A DNA stretch of 64,000 nucleotides from an uncultured Candidatus Peribacteria bacterium (GCA_964596675.1 CAZQUZ010000003.1:30198-94197); one strand, 5' to 3'. Shown: positions 11,119 through 22,199, counted from the first letter of the stretch. Notes: a model not told the origin generated them from the sequence alone. Program-made: numbers and translations.

Positions 11119-11173
11119 AGTATATAGGAAAATCTCAGATTGCAAATGGAGAAAAAAGAAATATTATCACTCC

Positions 11174-12154
11174 ATGAAAACTTCACTTTTTACCTACATC
11201 GAATACGCATTTCGGACGCTCTTTTCGAGGCGATTTTTTACGATAGTCGGCTCATCACTCATCGTGTCATTTCTCTCCGTGATAACGACTCTCTGAGGTG
11301 GATATATGATGCTCAGATATCTCCGTGAGACGCTCATGAAGACCCAAAACATCGAAGAGGATGCTATCCTGATGCTTATCGGGGGATTTCTCGTATTTCT
11401 CCTTATCCTCATGATAGTAGTATTTCTCATGCGAGGATGGTATGCTATCATCATCCCAATACGCTCCATCGACCGCGCAGAGACGCTCGACATCGCATCA
11501 GACTCTCGACTCTATCGCAGGCATATCGGTACATATTTCGGCTATATCATGTGGTATAGTCTCACATGGACACTCTTCATCACCATCTACATCATCGGAC
11601 TTATCCTCATGAGTGCTCTCGCTCCTATCCTCGGTGGGATATGGTCCCTGGTCGGTCTATGAGCGCTCATCTATCTCGGGACTCGTATGAGCGTATCGTG
11701 GTATCATATGCTCTCAGAAGGCTCTACGAGCTATCCCTCATGGCGACTCGCACTCCGTATGACACGCGGTCGGGTGTGGAGGATGTTTTATCAGATATGC
11801 GGATATGCTATCATCATCTGGATCACGAGCGGACTCATCGAGTCGATGATGATGCAGATACTCTCCGTCTTCGGGGTCGGGAATATCGCGGATGATATCG
11901 CTCGCCTCATGGTGCTCTATAGAGATGATATCACACTCATACTCCAGTCGCTCGAGGCATATGTATGAGAAAATAGTGTGAGGATCATCCCCATGATAGG
12001 ATGGTTCGCGCTCTGGTACAGTATGAGTTCTGTACTCTCTCGGGCGATGTTCTCTATTTTTTATGTCAGGTACTATCTCGATATCCGCGAAGACTACCAT
12101 GATGAGCACTCATTTATAAAAAAATCTCTCCTTATACAGTCATCGCACCGATAA
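11174..12154 (+). CDS. integral membrane protein (hypothetical)
   Basis: Four track ORFs in one frame are joined by TGA (11294, 11660, 11966). It has several hydrophobic helices. The 3' end overlaps the pyrG 3' end by 23 nt. Confidence 0.6.
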
Positions 12155-13718
12155 ATCCCATAAAGAGTGGATGCGGTCGAAATGGTCGAGATATGAGCTC
12201 TGGATGCGCCTGAGTCGCTATCATATAGGGATGATCTCGAAGTTCCACGACCTCAGCGAGGCTCCCATCTGGTGAAGTTGCCGATACGATGAATCCCTCT
12301 TTTTCCATCTGAGTACGATATGCAGGGTCGAACTCGAACCTATGTCGATGTCGCTCTATCACTTCTGTGGATGAGTAAATTTTCGCTGCAATAGAACCCT
12401 CGCGGATGATACACGGATATGAGCCGAGACGCATGTTGCCTCACTTGGTCGTCAGCTCTTTCTGATGATCCATGATATGGATGATATTATGTGCGCCCTC
12501 TGGGGTGAACTCTTCACTCGATGCATCAGTGATTCCGAGCACATTTCTCGCAAACTCTATCGCCATGATCTGAGACCCGAGACACACTCCGAGATAGGGT
12601 ATCTGCTTTTCTCGTGCATAACGGGCTGCCATGATCATCCCCTCTGTCCCACGCGTCCCGAATCCCCCAGGGATACAGATACCATCGAGTCATTCGAGAA
12701 GCTTTTCTCCCTCTTTTTCGATATCTTCCGCTTCGACGAATCGGATTTTTATGCGTTTTTTATGAGCGAATCCTGCACACTTTAGTCATTCATTCAGAGA
12801 ATAGTATGCATCTTCGAGTCAGACATATTTCCCGACCATACCGATACGCAGTACTTCGAGCGAGCTATCGATATTCGAGAGGAAGTCTTCCCACGGCTTC
12901 ATATCGAGCCGTGTAAATGGGATATGCAGATTCGAGAGAAGCTTTTCTCAGAGATGGTCTCGATGGAATGCGAGTGGTACACGATAGATCGTATCGAGTG
13001 TCGGCGCTGAGATGACGGCATCCCGCTGGATACCCGATGCCGATGCGATCTTCGCGAGCATGTCTTCTGGGATATCAGTATCAGCACGCACGATGAGAAA
13101 GTCTGGAGAAATCCCATAACTCATAAGCGTACGGATAGAGTGCTGTATGGGCTTCGTTTTGAGTTCTTTCGATGCCATGAGGTATGGCAGGAGCGCCACA
13201 TGGATGAACTGTACATGCTCCTCTCCGAGCTCATGTCTGAGCTGACGAGCCGACTCGAGGATATACTCATTCTCCATATCACCGACCGTACCGCCGATTT
13301 CTATGATGGAGATATCAGCTCCAGCAGATTCGGCTCAGGTGCGGATTTTTTCCTTTACGAGGTCCGTGAGGTGTGGGACGATCTGGACCGTACCCCCGAG
13401 ATAGTCACCGCGACGCTCTCTCGCTATGATCTCTTCATAGAGCTTTCACGAGGTAAATGAAGAAAACCGATTCATATCTGTATCGAGAAATCGTTCATAG
13501 TGACCGATATCAAGATCCGTCTCAGCTCCATCAGCCGTCACGAATACCTCTCCATGCTGATATGGACTCATCGTACCAGGATCCACATTGAGGTATCAGT
13601 CGAATTTCTGGCAGTATATCTTCTTGCCTGCGGACTTCAGCAGTGCGCCGATAGATGCAGCAGATATGCCCTTTCCGATGCCCGAGAGGACACCTCATGT
13701 GATGAAAATGATTTTCAT
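12132..13718 (-). CDS. pyrG: CTP synthase
   Basis: 528 aa. Motifs: [17 protein letters not shown] (the first Gly of GG is TGA, complement 13695-13697), GTVGDMEN, and the glutaminase domain [18 protein letters not shown] and HRHRFEF. Confidence 0.95.
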
Positions 13719-13815
13719 AAAGTGAATAATTTGTGAGCTAATAGTACGTGATTTTTCTTTTTGCTTCTTTCCTTGGCGAATTTCATTTCTAAAAATAGAT
13801 AAAATCGCTGGGGTT

Positions 13816-13914
13816 CGGGGTGGCAATCGCGTGAAAATCACGAATCGAGCAGTACTCCTATATACTACGTTGCCACCCCGAGACTTTTGGTTCCTTTTGG
13901 TCACAAAAGGAACC
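13816..13914. promoter_or_regulatory. structured intergenic element upstream of pyrG (leader or small RNA)
   Basis: A perfect 11-bp long-range helix CGGGGTGGCAA (13816-13826) / TTGCCACCCCG (13870-13880) encloses the hairpin CGTGAAAATCACG. It is followed by a 10-bp hairpin GGTTCCTTTT/AAAAGGAACC (13889-13914). Confidence 0.35.
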
Positions 13915-13941
13915 TATCCTAAACTAGAAAGTACTGAAAAA

Positions 13942-13971
13942 GAAAAAAGAGGTCTCGAAAGACCCCTTTTT
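13942..13971. terminator. bidirectional terminator after the sufD-like gene
   Basis: Stem GAGGTC / GACCCC with loop TCGAAA, with an A-run before and a T-run after. Confidence 0.5.
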
Positions 13972-14048
13972 ATCGTATGAAGACGCATGTGTTTGGCACC
14001 GTTATCATGGGATGATTATAGAGAAAAATCTGAAAAAGCAAAAAAGAA

Positions 14049-14663
14049 TTACATAAGTTTCGAGAGTATCTCCTCTTTTATACCCTCCGCCTCACCCTCC
14101 ATCACCGCGACATGCCGCCCTATCTCCGCCTCGATGAGCATCCCCTCTGCAGTCGATGCATCGATCCCATGTGATGCGAGATAGAAGAGTGACTCTTCAG
14201 ATATCCGATGTATCCGACATGAGTGTCATCACTCGATAGAGTCTGTCGCGACCTCGAGAGTCGGACGACCGAGTACGCGCGCACCCGTCCCGAGGAGGAT
14301 ATAGGTCTGGTCGACTCGGAGCTTCACACGCTCACATCCGAGTGCGACTCCTCCCGTCCCAGCGATATCGAGAGTACTCCCATCTTTCGCGAGCGCGAGG
14401 AGATCGAGTGATGCCTCAGTATCTGATCCCTCTATAAAAACGGACATTTTTAGAACCATATTTGCTCAAATGATAACTGCAGCTCATCGGAATATCGCCC
14501 CCTCCTCGAGGATGAACTTTCTCGTATAGACCCCATCTTTCTCTGGGATGAGGAGATACTTTTGACATGACGATCTCCCGATGCGTATCTCACGAAATGC
14601 CTCTTCTCATCGGTCGAGAATCGGAGTGTGATTGGTCTGTATTTTCGGATTTTGGCAAGTCAT
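14049..14663 (-). CDS. short SufD-like Fe-S assembly protein (204 aa)
   Basis: It carries the C-terminal SufB/SufD signature RPTLEVATDSIEGGHSCRIHRISEESLFYLASHGID. It is extended upstream of track ORF 14229-14459 to ATG 14663 and downstream through TGA to TAA at 14049-14051. Confidence 0.6.
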
Positions 14664-14707
14664 AACGAGAGTATAGAGAGAGAAAGCAAAATGACAAATA
14701 GAATTTT

Positions 14708-14736
14708 TTGGAATTTAGAGAATATTCGTGTATGAT
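14708..14736 (+). promoter_or_regulatory. sigma70-like promoter TTGGAA-N17-TATGAT
   Basis: The -10 box ends 8 nt before ATG 14745. No SD-like sequence is present. Confidence 0.45.
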
Positions 14737-14744
14737 AGATGTAT

Positions 14745-17174
14745 ATGTCCCACTCTCATCATACTATCACATACGAGGTCGCCGTGGATCGCGCGAATGA
14801 AAAATGAGTCTTCGTCGCTCGGGAGATGCTCTCGACCCTCCATCATGCGGTCGAGCACCTCCATCCATGGTGGCAATTTTGGCATCATAGCGTCCACCCA
14901 GTATTTCGCCTCGAGATGGTCGCGAATGAGGGGAGGATACGATTTTTCCTCTCGACCGATAGAGAGTTCGCCTCATTTATGACGAGTCAGATATATGCTC
15001 ACTATAGCGATGTAGAGCTCTTCGAGTGTGAGTCACCACTCCCGAAAAAGGCATCCTATCGAGTCCGCGACATCACCCTCGCTCATCACTCCCTCGATAC
15101 ACTGAAACTCTATGTCAATCTAAAGGATCGCACTGAAAAAGAAAGCATCGACCCACTCTCATCACTGACAAGCGCTCTATCGAAGGTGCCAAAATGAGAA
15201 AAATGAGCCTTCATCATCGACTTTGCTCCGCTCGAAGACCATATCTGGAGAGAACATGGGAGTATCAGTATCTGGGAGTCACACTTCATACCGGACTTTC
15301 TCCGCATGCAGGCGCTCCACTTCGCGAGTCATATCGGATGGCTCTTTCTCCCGCTCTCATGGACGGCGAAAGTGCTCTCATTTCTCATACCAAAAGGTGA
15401 AGACGAGCATGATACATGACATGCCCACGAGGACAAAAAAGAAAAAACTGAGACCAAGCTCGAGAGCTATGGCTATCAGGTACAGATACGCATCGTGAAA
15501 GATGTACACGATAGAGTAAATGATGAGATGATACTCCGTGAGCTCGCTGGGAGCCTGAATATATTCGCCAATCCCAATGGCAACCACCTAAAAAGCAAAA
15601 AAACGCGCATCATAGAGAATCTCCCATGACTCCATAAGCTCGCGAAGTCGTCGATGATACTCTCCGTCACCGAACTCGCAGGACTCATCCATCTCCCCAC
15701 GCTCTACGTGAAAACTCCTGGTATCCACTGGGTGACGACCCGTAAATTCGAACCCCCACACAATCTCCCATCTACAGACAATCCAAACACTCCTATCGGC
15801 ATGGCGAACTACCGCGGCGGACTCCAGGGATTCGGGCTCGAGCCTATCGACAGAGCGAGACATACCTATATCATCGGGAAGACCGGTATGGGTAAGTCGA
15901 CGCTCCTCGAGAATATGATATATACCGATATTCTAAATGGTCGTGGTGTCGCTGTCATTGATCCACATGGAGACCTCGTCGAGACGATACTCGCGAATAT
16001 CCCGAAGTCACGCACGAATGATATCGTCCTATTTGATCCAGCGGATCAGGAGTATCCGATAGGATTTAACATGCTCGATAATCCCCACCCAGAGCTCCGT
16101 CCTATCGTAGCTGGTGGGCTCGTATCGATTTTTAAGAAGATGTTTGCCGAGAGCTGGGGGCCCCGTCTCGAGTACATCCTCCGCAACACTATCCTCACAC
16201 TCCTACTCATCCCAGAAACGACACTCATCTCTATCCCACTCATGCTCACCCATGAAGCCTATAGACGTAAGGTTGTCTCGAAGATAGATGATCCTATCCT
16301 CGTCCAGTTCTGGAACGAAGAGTTCGCGAAGATGAGTCCATCGATGCAGAGCGAAGCGGTGAATCCCATACTCAATAAAGTCGGGCAATTTCTCTCATCA
16401 CCAATACTTCGAAACATCCTCGGTCAGCCGAAAAATCCATTTTCTCTGCGGTGGATCATGGATAATAAAAAAATATTTCTCGTAAACCTCTCAAAATGAC
16501 GTATCGGTGAGGATGCGAGTGCCCTCCTCGGTGCGATGATGGTGACAAAGTTCCAGATAGAAGCCATGACACGTGCTGATATACCCGAAGCAGAACGTGT
16601 AGATTTCTGACTCTATGTCGATGAGTTCCAGAACTTCGCGACCGACTCATTCGCGACGATACTCTCAGAGGCTCGTAAGTATAAGCTCTCACTTACTATG
16701 GCGAATCAGTATATCGCACAGATGGCGGAGACAGTACAAGGTGCAGTATTTGGGAATGTAGGATCTCTCGTCGCATTCCAGGTAGGATACCATGATGCGC
16801 TCACACTCGCGGAAGTCATGGGCGGTGAAGATATGATCACTCCCAATGACCTCATGAACCTGAAAAAATACGATATCTACACAAAGCTCCTCATCCATGG
16901 GATGCCATCACCAGTATTTTCTGCGACGACCTATGCACCACTCAGAGAGCGTATCGATGTGCCACCGCAGCAGTCTCGTGACGTCCTCCTGAAAGTCTCT
17001 CGTGAAAAATACACGAAGAAAAAAGACTTCGTCGAGAAAAAAATCTTCGAAAATGTAAATAAGATCCGTGATGAAGAGAAAAAACACCAAGAACAAAAAG
17101 AAGCCTATAAAGAAAAAATTAAAGAAGATCAGCGCATAAAACGCGAAAAAGAAAAAACCGAAAAATGAGCATAA
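14745..17174 (+). CDS. VirD4/TraG/TraD-like type IV coupling ATPase, paralog 1 (809 aa)
   Basis: One frame joins track ORFs 14826-15197, 15654-16499 and 16698-17168 through TGA. Motifs: Walker A IIGKTGMGKSTL, LYVDEFQNF, SEARKYKLSLTMANQY. It has a Lys/Glu-rich C-terminal tail and an N-terminal ~330-aa domain of unknown function. Confidence 0.8.
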
Positions 17175-17227
17175 CTTGCGAATGATACAAAAATCTTTAT
17201 AGTCATACCATATTATCTTTCCTCGAT

Positions 17228-18175
17228 ATGAAATATCTCCTTCTTTTTTTCCTTGCATCTTTCACATTCTCAGATGCATTTGCTGTGAATGATAGTCTCA
17301 ATATTCGCGATACAACGAATGTGATGATATGAGGAAATAGTGAGCATGATAACTTAAGTACTTTTATCTATCCGGTACTTGATTTCTTCTATATACCAAC
17401 TGGAAATAACGATGCTATCCAAAATACATTTATCGCTATAGCAGGAGGAATTAAAAATTTTTTCATTCTTATTGCGGTTATTTTTCTCATCGTCGGTGTG
17501 ATGAAATTATTTTTCTGATGAGGGGACGAAGAGGCACAAAAAAAATGGAAAAGCAATATTATCTGGGTATCTGTGGGAGTATTCTTTATGCAAATCGCCT
17601 ATTCTATATGGCGTACACTCTACTTCGATGAGAACTTTGCTCGTATCGATGGACGACTCGGATGGATGACATGGATAAATGTATTTGAGCCGATAGTAAA
17701 TATCCTCCTCCTTCTGGCATCATTTGGCTTTATCGCGATGGCGATATATGCATTTTATACGATTATCACCGGAGCTGGTGACGAAGAAAAGCTGAAAAAA
17801 TGAAAAAATATCGTCATATATGCACTCATTGGGTACCTCCTTATACGAGTCCCAAAATTTCTCGTCACTGCCCTCTATGGTGAGCCATCGTGAGAGTGTA
17901 AAAATAACGTCTGGAGTTTTTGAACATGTGAAATCGAAAACCAAAATCTTGGAGCAAGTATTAATGTATTCTGAAAAATACTCACCTATCTCAGTAGTTT
18001 TCTCGCACTTTTTGCTGTCATCATGGTTATATATGCTGGATGGCTCATCTTCATATCCGGGGGTGATGAAGAGAAGTTAAAGAAGGCAAAACGTACTATT
18101 ATCTATCTTGCTATCGGACTTATACTTCTCGTAGCCAGTCAGGCAATATTTCGATTTTTCTTTCTGAAAGGCTAA
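17228..18175 (+). CDS. triple VirB2/TrbC-like pilin fusion protein (315 aa)
   Basis: Signal peptide MKYLLLFFLASFTFSDAFA. There are three tandem units, each consisting of a TM helix, then G(G/A)GDEE and a K-rich turn, then a second TM helix: FFGGGDEEAQKKWKSN, ITGAGDEEKLKKGKN and ISGGDEEKLKKAKRT. I translated it codon by codon under code 25. Confidence 0.7.
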
Positions 18176-18190
18176 AAAAACGGGGAATTT

Positions 18191-18219
18191 TTGCATTTTT
18201 ATGAGCTTTTTAGTATAAT
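18191..18219 (+). promoter_or_regulatory. near-consensus promoter TTGCAT-N17-TATAAT
   Basis: The -10 box ends 6 nt before ATG 18226, which implies a leaderless or nearly leaderless mRNA. Confidence 0.6.
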
Positions 18220-18225
18220 GACTTC

Positions 18226-20649
18226 ATGCAGATAGCGGAAGTCATTTTTCTTATTTTAGGAGTACTCTTCGTGGTATGAGTTTTTTATATTCTCACGAAA
18301 AAGAAGATCGCACTAAAACGCTCACTCGATATGAGATTTCTCCGTATTATCATCGGACGGAAAGATAGTGAAAAAGATGAGCGATGAGACACTGTCAAAG
18401 ACTTTCGTGAGCAGATATCTATCATGGAGCAACTCCTCGCAAGTATGAAGTCTCTCTATGTAGGAAATGCGATGGGATGGCTCTTTGGTCAGGAGTATAT
18501 CTCTCTCGAATATATCGCCCATAAACAGGAAATATACTTTTATATCGTCGTACCAAAAAAATCGAAAATCCTTGTCGAAAAACAGATTCTCGGTTTTTAT
18601 CCAGATGCGAGTATCGAGGAGACGGATGAAGTCAATATTTTCGAAGGGCGGAGTGTGGTGCGAGGCGAGATCTTGAAGCTCAAGAAACATGATGAATTCC
18701 CAATACGTACCTATCAAAAACTCGAGACTGACCCGATGAATAGCCTCCTTTCTGCACTCGGAAAACTCAACGAGGAAGAGTCGAGCTCCATCCAGATTCT
18801 CATGAGACCAGTAGATGATGACTGGCAAGACCGAATCCGTAAACATATAAAAAAATCTGAGAAAAAATGATGACACCATATGTCATGGAATCCTCTCGAT
18901 TGGATACTTTGATTTATCGATGCATTTACACGCTGAAACTCTGAAAAATCATCTTCAGATGAACATGATGAGAGTGAGCCGATCGATGAAGAAGGGCTTA
19001 TGAAAGAAAAAATAAAAAAGACAGGCTATCAGGTAACAATACGTGTTATTACGACTGGTAATGACGAGAATGATGTCTATGCGGAGCTCCAAAATATTCT
19101 TTCTGCATTTTCTCAGTTCGCTTCACCGATGTATAACCGATTTAAAGCCGTAAAGAAAAAATCTATCTCACTCCTCATCAATAACTATATTTTTCGTCAA
19201 TTTAGTGCTTGGCAAGGTGGATATATACTCAATAGTGAGGAGCTCGCGACACTTTTTCACTTTCCGCATAGTAAATATAATAAGCAACCTGAGATTCGTT
19301 GGCAGCGGTTTAAGCTGATAAAGGCACCAACCAATATCGCAAAAGAGTGACTGTATATCGGAGATAATGTATTTCGTGGAGAGAAAAAACCGATTTTTAT
19401 CAAAAATGAGGACCGATTTCGACATTTTTATGTCATCGGACAGACTGGTACAGGTAAATCATCTATCCTATCGACGATGGCGCGCCAAGATGTGCGCGAG
19501 TGACGTGGACTTGCCATACTCGACCCACACGGTGACCTCGCGAAAGAACTCGTATGATATATCCCTAGAGAACGTGCTGATGATTTGGTATATTTTGACC
19601 CTGGGGATCTCGCACGTCCTATGGGGCTGAATATGCTCGAAGCCGCGAATGATGACGAAAAACAAATGGTCGTAGCCGATGCTACGAATATCATGATAAA
19701 ACTCTTTGGAAGTGAGATATTCGGACCTCGTATCCAGGACTACTTTCGCAATGGATGTCTCACCCTCATGGACTATCCACAAGGCTGAGCCATCACTGAT
19801 ATTATCAGACTCTTTACAGATGATAACTTCCAGCGGGAGCGCCGAGCTACCCTAAAAAATGCAGTCGTAAAAGCCTGGTGGGATTATACGTATGCCAAGA
19901 TGGGTGAGCGAGAAAAAGGAGAAATTATCCCATATTTCGCAGCGAAATTCGGACAATTTATCACCAATACCATGATGCGTAATATCGTGTGACAGACGAA
20001 GAGCGCATTCGATATCGGAGAGATCATGAACAATGAAAAACTCCTCCTCATCTCACTCTCGAAAGGTATCATCGGTGATCTGAACTCGACGCTGCTCGGT
20101 CTCATCCTCGTCTCGAAGATACAGATCGCAGCCCTACGCAGACAAAATATGGCGAAAGAGGATCGTAAAGATTTCTTTCTCTATATCGACGAGTTCCAGA
20201 ACTATGTGACCGACTCTATCGAGTCTATCCTCTCAGAAGCTCGTAAGTATCGCCTCGGACTCGTCATCGCGCATCAGTACCTCGGACAACTCGAGAAGTC
20301 AGATGCTCTCACGAAATCGAATCTGAATCTCAAGTGAGCCATATTTGGTAACGTAGGAACTGTCATGAGTTATAAGCTCGGTGCGGAGGATGCTGAGTTC
20401 ATGGCGAAGCAATTTGCTCCAGCATACTCTGAGCAAGACTTCGTCAATATGGATAAGTTTAAGGCTGCACTCAAACTCTCGGTCGATAATCAACCAACAC
20501 CAGGATTCTCCCTCTCACCACCGAATCCATTTGCTGAGATGCCAGATGCAAAAATCGGAGCCGCCCTGAAAGAGCTTTCGCGATTAAAGTATGGTCGCGA
20601 GAGAGAGTTCGTCGAGAAAGAAATTATTTATCGCATAGGTGCTGTCTAA
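18226..20649 (+). CDS. VirD4/TraG/TraD-like type IV coupling ATPase, paralog 2 (807 aa)
   Basis: N-terminal TM anchor (IFLILGVLFVVGVFYIL). Motifs: Walker A VIGQTGTGKSSI, LYIDEFQNY, SEARKYRLGLVIAHQY. It joins six track ORFs (18424, 19000, 19585, 20026, 20365...) in one frame. The N-domain is paralogous to gene 14745-17174. Confidence 0.8.
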
Positions 20650-20651
20650 TT

Positions 20652-21611
20652 ATGAAATTTTTTTATACTTTCATCTCGCTTGTGACTGTCTCATCCAGTA
20701 TCATACCGATAGTGGCAGCTGAGGATATGGTCGGCTGTGATACGAAGACGTATGCATGCTATACGCAAAAAGTATCTCAGAGTTGCACGAAAACAGGACT
20801 TCCCTGGACCAAAAATCCGAATCTTTGAAAGACAAGTTCCTGCGACTATCCTGATTTTACAGAGGAAGGACTAAAAAGTGTAGTGAATTGTATGGAAAAT
20901 GCGGATACAAAAAGCGGTGGAGGATTTCTCGAGAATCTCACTCTTTCGAATCTCGGTAATATCCCTGGATTTCGTACTACAGAAATCGCACGAAAAATAT
21001 ATCGAAAAAATATGAATGCCGTATTTGGCTGTGCTGTGCTAGCAAGTCGCCAGGACAAGCTCACTCGACTGGAGGAATCCATACGCTGAAATTCTCAGGC
21101 GAGCGACATCCAAAAAAGTCTAGAAAAAGAACGGAAAAAATATGAGTCTCTTATGTCACGCATGAATTGTAATCAAAATCGTACAGAAAGTCCCGAAGAT
21201 AAAGTCATCGACCGGCTTTCTGCGAGCGCGATGCAAGAATATTGTAGTTATACGTATTATCTCGATTATCTCGAGGCAAATCTACAAAATGATTTTTCTG
21301 AAGCAGAAAAGACAGAGTTATCACTCCGCGATGTCACGCTCCAAAATCGTGCTACTACCACAGAACAAGCCGGGAAAATATGGAGAACATACCAAGCTAC
21401 GATTGACTCAGAGCGCTCCAGAGCACATGAAACTGTACCCAAGGCCATCCTCGCTTACCAAGAAATGGATCGTACTTATATCACACATATCCTTCTCGTC
21501 ATCATTTTCGATGACTATCTGAAACTCAGGGGCAACCTCGATACCTACCTCGCTCTCATTTCCCAAACATTCGAAAAAGCATATAATGCGCAGGATGCAC
21601 GGCAAAGATAA
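20652..21611 (+). CDS. secreted Cys-rich protein (hypothetical, 319 aa)
   Basis: ATG lies 2 nt after the upstream stop. It has a signal peptide (MKFFYTFISLVTVSSSIIPIVAA) and several Cys in the N-terminal third. It joins track ORFs 20883-21089 and 21153-21611. Confidence 0.6.
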
Positions 21612-21641
21612 AAAATCCCCATCATATGATGGGGATTTTTC
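21611..21641. terminator. bidirectional terminator
   Basis: Stem AAAATCCCCA / TGGGGATTTT between convergent genes. Confidence 0.7.
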
Positions 21642-21860
21642 CTATTTTCCGAGCTCTTCTGTCTTCTTCTGACGAGCATAGAACTTGTCCATAGTACTGG
21701 TTTTGAGGAGGGTCTTCTTTCCTGTGTAGAATGGGTGACATTTAGAACAGGTTTCGACACGTATCTCATCACCTTTTATCGTACTTCCAGTTTCGAAAGT
21801 ATTTCCACATGAACAGATGACATTTACCATCTTCCATGCTGGGTGGATATTGCTTTTCAT
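21642..21860 (-). CDS. rpmE: 50S ribosomal protein L31
   Basis: MKSNIHPAW..., with CSCGNTF...[11 protein letters not shown]. Contains no TGA. Confidence 0.9.
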   Translation of the reverse strand: MKSNIHPAWKMVNVICSCGNTFETGSTIKGDEIRVETCSKCHPFYTGKKTLLKTSTMDKFYARQKKTEELGK

Positions 21861-22017
21861 AAAAATGAATGGTTAAGAGTAATCGCGAATCGCTCAGTCC
21901 TCGTCTCGAGGAAAGATACGAGTGCCTCTTGTTATTTTTTATGGCGAAATAACAAACCATGAGATTCAATACTCAAAACTAAGAACATAATCCCTACTTT
22001 CGAATACTGAACCGAAG

Positions 22018-22102
22018 TGGTGCCCAGGAAGAGACTTGAACTCTTACACCGTACGGCAACGGCTTCTAAGACCGTCGTGTCTACCAATTCCACCACCTGG
22101 GC
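22018..22102 (-). tRNA. tRNA-Leu(TAG)
   Basis: 85 nt. Acceptor GCCCAGG/CCTGGGC, anticodon loop CTTAGAA, long variable arm, T-loop TTCAAGT, and an encoded CCA. Confidence 0.9.
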
Positions 22103-22114
22103 AGAAAAAACTAA

Positions 22115-22199
22115 TGGTGGGCCGGGTAGGATTCGAACCTACGAAGTCGTAGACAAAGGATTTACAGTCCTCCCCATTTGACCGCTCTGGAACCGACCC
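22115..22199 (-). tRNA. tRNA-Tyr(GTA)
   Basis: 85 nt. Acceptor GGGTCGG/CCGGCCC, anticodon loop CTGTAAA, long variable arm, T-loop TTCGAAT, and an encoded CCA. Confidence 0.9.

Noticed and set aside
10800-11296. Three overlapping plus-strand ORFs (106, 135 and 67 aa) in all three frames.
   Set aside because: They arise because the region is stop-free antisense to a GC-rich structured RNA candidate. The translations are low-complexity. Only the 3' part of the 135-aa ORF, from ATG 11174, belongs to a real membrane-protein gene.
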